Assembly (NCBI GenBank): GCA_965637545.1
Contig: OZ281499.1
Location: 8,680,001-8,744,000 of the forward strand
DNA length: 64,000 nucleotides
Source: Phallusia mammillata
Lineage: Eukaryota
Reading direction: 5' to 3'
The notes under the pieces were generated by a model that was given only the letters and a program-made list of their open reading frames with translations, was not told the DNA's origin and searched no databases. This document shows, in pieces, positions 59,728 through 64,000 of the stretch. Positions within the stretch are counted from its first letter, which is position 1; every line of letters begins with the position of its first letter. A program made the position numbers and the translations under genes.

Positions 59728-62700
59728 GTGTAACGCTTTCTGTCGCGTGTTCCCCTTTCACGCACACGTCACACAATGTGGCTCAATAAAAAACGCGGAC
59801 ACCATAAAGGAACGACAATTCGTTTTAATGACATGGTCAATTCCGTTTTTTCTGCACAAGAAAAACGAAAGCATATAAAGCATGAATCACAATATAACAC
59901 GCAATAAGTAAACATACCAACTGTTTGGCCACAGGGGTTTTGGTATTAAATGATGCTTTAAGGGCCGAACAAATCCTGCACAAACAACCAAACATTTACA
60001 GGTTTAGAACAAAACTTCACATCACAGTACAAAGCCAAACTTACCAGCAAAATGATTCACAAATGCAGCTTTATCAACTCAGCAATTTATTTATACTTTC
60101 TGGCTGCTAAATAAAGGTATCAGAGTTTAGATTGATTGATCAGTTTTGAGATAGAATCCGTCTCACAAGCGGTTCCACACGTGAAATTTGCACTGACCTT
60201 CTTTGCTTCCATTAAAAAATCATCTCTATTTGAAACTTCTTCTTCTTTAGGCCAAGTAGATTCGTCATCCCAAAGAAACCGTGGGCCGGTTAGCCAAACG
60301 TTGTTATTCACCATTTTCTTCACAGACTAGCCACGTGAGGCGTCGTCGGCAGGGTTTAATTTGGACGGAACATGTCGCCACTGCTCACTTCTGCTTCCAC
60401 TGTCAATCTTTGCCAGTCGGTTTGCTACAAAGGTTTCGAAACGTTTTGTAGAATTCCTAATGCTCATCAACACCGACATGGAATCTGTCCAGAACGTCGA
60501 TTCGCAGTCGGGGCAGTCCAACTCTCGTCGCAGAAAGCCATACATTTTAACCGCTAGCACCGCTGCCGTCAACTTCAAGCGTGATATGGATACTGTTTGT
60601 ATCGGTGCAAGTCGTGACTTAAAAAAAAAAACAAAAAAAAACAGTGCACCTGCGTATTGTGGTTAACAAGGCGCAGATAAGAAACTGCCCCGTAGGCCGA
60701 AGACGATGCGTCAGCAAAATGGTGCATTTCCATCTTAACTATCTTTCCAAAGGAAGGAGGTTTAATGCAGCGTTGAACCCGTACTTGGCTTAACATAGTA
60801 AGTCCCTCCATCCAGCTTCTCCAACGATCAGCATCTTTATTTGAAATGTCTTCGTCCCATCCTAACCCTTGACGACAAATGTCCTGCAACAGTATTTTGG
60901 CACTTACCGTAACAGGAGCAACAAGACCCAAGGGGTCGTACAGCGCACTGACGGCAGACAAAATTCCACGGCGCGTCAGCGACTTATTCGGCATCTGCAC
61001 ATCAAATCCAAATTCGTCATTTGGGACGTTCCAAAACACGCCTAAAATTCTTCCAGCTACGTCCGAATTAAGATCATGATTCTTCGCCATCTTGGACCGT
61101 TCGTCAGAAGGAATTGATTGTAAAACTCTATTACTGTTGCTCATCCACTTGGTTAGGTGGAACCCACCTCTTTGCAGGAGCCGACCTAAGTCTTTCATCA
61201 ACATAATTGCTTCGTCCTCGGTCGCCACGCTTGCAAGGCAATCGTCCACGTAGAAATTTGATTTTACCGCTGTAGTAGCTGCAGCACTGAACTCGTGGCC
61301 AAACTCTTCCGCAGTTTGGAGCAAGCTGAAAGCGGCGCAGCTCGGGGAGGATGTTGCGCCAATGTACAGTCATCTCGTGGTCTTCCGCTGGTTTAGACAG
61401 ATCGCCCTTGGGCCACCACAAGAAACGAAGGCTCGCAGTGTCTTCTGGTCTTACCCGGATTTGATGAAACATGGATTCGATGTCTGACACAACCGCCACG
61501 GGTTCCTTTCTGAACCTTGTCAGGACGCCCACTAAGTTGTTCATCAGATCTGGGCCACTCATTAGGGCATCGTTTAATGCAACGCCTGCATGCTTTGCGG
61601 CACAATCGAACACCACGCGCACCTTGTCAGGCTTGCGCGGGTGCAAAACAGGGTGATGTGGAAGATACCACTCTCGTTTACTTTGGCCGCGATCGTGCGA
61701 AGAGACCCTTTTCGCGTATCCCTTTTGGACATAAGTTTCCACTGTGTCAACGTATCGCTCACAAAGTTTCTCGTCTTTCTTTAGTCTTCGTTCAAGAGAA
61801 CGGAGTCTTCTTTCTGCCAACACGCGGTTTGGCGGAAGTTGAGTTTGATTTCCTTTCCATAGCAAGGGCAACTGATAATGACCGTCTACATGCAACGCGT
61901 CCCGTTTCATAATTTCGAGCGCCGATCGGTCTTCACGCGAAATTCTCTTGTCATCAATCACGGTTAAATCAGAAAAATCGGTTCTCCACAGACAGTCGAT
62001 TTCTTTGCTCATGTTGTCGTCAAAACTGCTCACGTAGTTTAGATCAATTCGTGTTCCGCTGGTGGGCGCAAAGGAGGGCCCCAACAAGGACCACCCAAGG
62101 GCCGTTTTTACTGCAATAGGTTGTTCGCGGCGGCCGCAGCGCGTCTCCTGGAAAACCATCAATTCAGGGGCATCGACGCCAGTCATTAGTGTCACTTCTC
62201 CACCTTCGATCTGTGGAAACTCTAAACCGCGTAAGTATGACATCCTTTTCAGTTTTGCCTTTGATGGTAACTTGTTTTTACCGGAAGTTTATGTATAGCC
62301 ATCACACTGTTAAGATTAATACTAGGTCCATCATCAAAGGCAGGAGCAACAGACAGGGAAACTATTTTCGTTGGCATAGTTTGCTCGTGGCCTACAGTTC
62401 GCAGCGATACAGTACGAGACGCCCCTTGCAAATGTAGGGCATCCACTAGCCGTTGACTACACATAGATTTAGTGGCACCAGAGTCCAAAAATGCATAAGT
62501 GAGAAATTCTAGGTTGCCATTTCGCGCCCGAACTGGCACGATATTCATGTACATATCACCACATATACTGGTATTGCCACATATCGTAGAAGGCTTGGAA
62601 TCCGATGTCAAATGAAATGAATTAACTTCACTGGTTACCTTTTCTGCAGTAGCAGAACTGCAGTTGGCTTCTGCTCTATAAACCTCCCGATGTAGCAGAG

Positions 62701-64000
62701 TATGATGAGTGTTTTGATCACAACCGGAGATTTTGCACGGATCCTTCTCCTTGCAATCTCTGGCGTTATGTCCTTTCTGCAAACACTTGAAGCACAGTCT
62801 TTGCCTCCGTGCAAATTCGTATCGTTGGTAGACAGGCTTCTTTTCAAACGAGTTGCAAGTAGTCAAATCATGGAGTCCTGTGCAAAACAAACAGCGAGCC
62901 TGCGGGGCTTCGGTTCCCGGCAGCTCAGACGACACGGCGTACGTCGCAGCCCTATTTTTTCTTTGACCACTACGCGTCTCCCGTACAGGGTGATTGGCCC
63001 GTCCAAACGACGAACTTGCCACGGCAGCCTGATTATCGACAAATTCGGTCAGGTCGTCGAAATTACGTTCTCGATCATAGGTTTTGATTATACGGGCGAC
63101 GTCTTTGTCCCATTGCTCTTGCATGTCACTGGACAAACGACGCACAATCGCCAACAAATTTTGAAATGTGTCCAAACCTGCGTTGCCTTCGATTTGGGAT
63201 AGTACCACTTGACATGTCTTCATCAACCTCGCGAATTTCTCCATGCTGTGGACGTCTTCCGAGCGAAGTTTCGGTCGGTACTGTAGCTGATTTAAGCAGG
63301 TGCGCGCAACGATGTGATCCTTGCCATATTTTTCCTTCAGCAGTTTTAGGGCTTCGGCGTATCCTCCTTCTCCACTGAGCATGGAACAATGCCTTATCAG
63401 ATCGTTAGCATCACCGACACAAAATTGCTGCAAGTAACTGAGACGCATGTCGTCGTCAGAAACATGGTCAGCAATATGACATTTAAAGCTACGAATAAAG
63501 GTATGGTACTCCATAGGATCACCGGCAAACTTTGATATTTGTGGGGGTGGCAGTCTAGCGTCTTTCTTAACAGGTCGCTGATTACTAGTCGACGGTTGGG
63601 GCTCCGGCAAAGCGCATACTGGCAGATCAGACATAAACAATTCGCGGACTTCGCCAACGACACTACTGGTGTTTGCACAATTACAACGGCATTTAGGCTC
63701 GAACGGAGTGGCTTCGGGCTTCAAACCTAGTTTTCTGGGTTTAATAGGTGGCGGAACAGACTTACTTGGTTCGTCGGACTTTGTAATCAAGGTCTGTGTA
63801 ACTGCCGTACCTAATCCTACCAATGGAACAGATAGGGGTACTTCAACGGGGTCTTCCTCGTAGGAGTTCACTTCCAGCTCTGCCATGTGAAGTGCGTGTT
63901 TGAAACGGATTGCCTTTTCCATCTCATCCAATTTTCGTCGTCTATCCTTTTCTTCGCGCGAACGAAGTTCTTCTTCTTCACGGCGCTGACGTTCTTCTTC
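59728..64000 (-). mobile_element. Decayed BEL/Pao LTR retrotransposon B: gag-PR-RT-RNase H, integrase deleted, partial 3' LTR (59728 to about 60110); continues beyond the window
   Basis: DUF1759 gag, three Cys/His knuckles (CLFCTGLHDLTTC, CFKCLQKGHNARDC, CKISGCDQNTHHTLLH), protease AFLDSGA, RT DIESMFHQI and FYVDD, and RNase H FADAS...NPADDASRG. Lesions are a 1-bp frameshift near 62275, a 5-bp deletion near 61362, a poly-T frameshift near 60620-60645 and a stop at 60327-60329. Confidence 0.95.

Noticed and set aside
62249-62285. Programmed -1 frameshift between gag and pol
   Set aside because: It lies downstream of the protease active site, has no X XXY YYZ heptamer, and BEL elements normally use one ORF. 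One missing A in a run explains it.

Overview
Eukaryotic, AT-rich animal genomic DNA with short GT-AG introns and proteins resembling chordate orthologues. An invertebrate chordate such as an ascidian is my inference and cannot be proven from the window. Four + strand genes were assembled by hand from splice sites and reading frame: intronless WDR91 (160-2295), IPPK with one 77-bp intron (8457-10048), a 14-exon FEM1B orthologue (11679-22901) and a 22-exon MORC2-type ATPase (25590-39262). A 5'-incomplete FUT8-like fucosyltransferase lies convergently on the - strand (42388-49656). Introns and the right third of the window are full of mobile DNA. These include about a dozen hAT-type MITEs with 8-bp TSDs, a 3.2-kb deleted hAT element, tRNA-derived SINE heads, LINE fragments, a solo LTR and two decayed BEL/Pao retrotransposons, one apparently nested in the other. 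No prokaryotic features or CRISPR were found, and I cannot support one headline new system. The best leads are: (1) a lineage-specific CxxC exon in FEM1B, with loss of the His zinc ligands; (2) repeated hAT insertion at the same base of a LINE tail; (3) mini-introns in the BEL LTRs and a hairpin array where the primer-binding site should be; (4) a GC-AG donor and a duplicated decoy donor in the FUT8-like gene.
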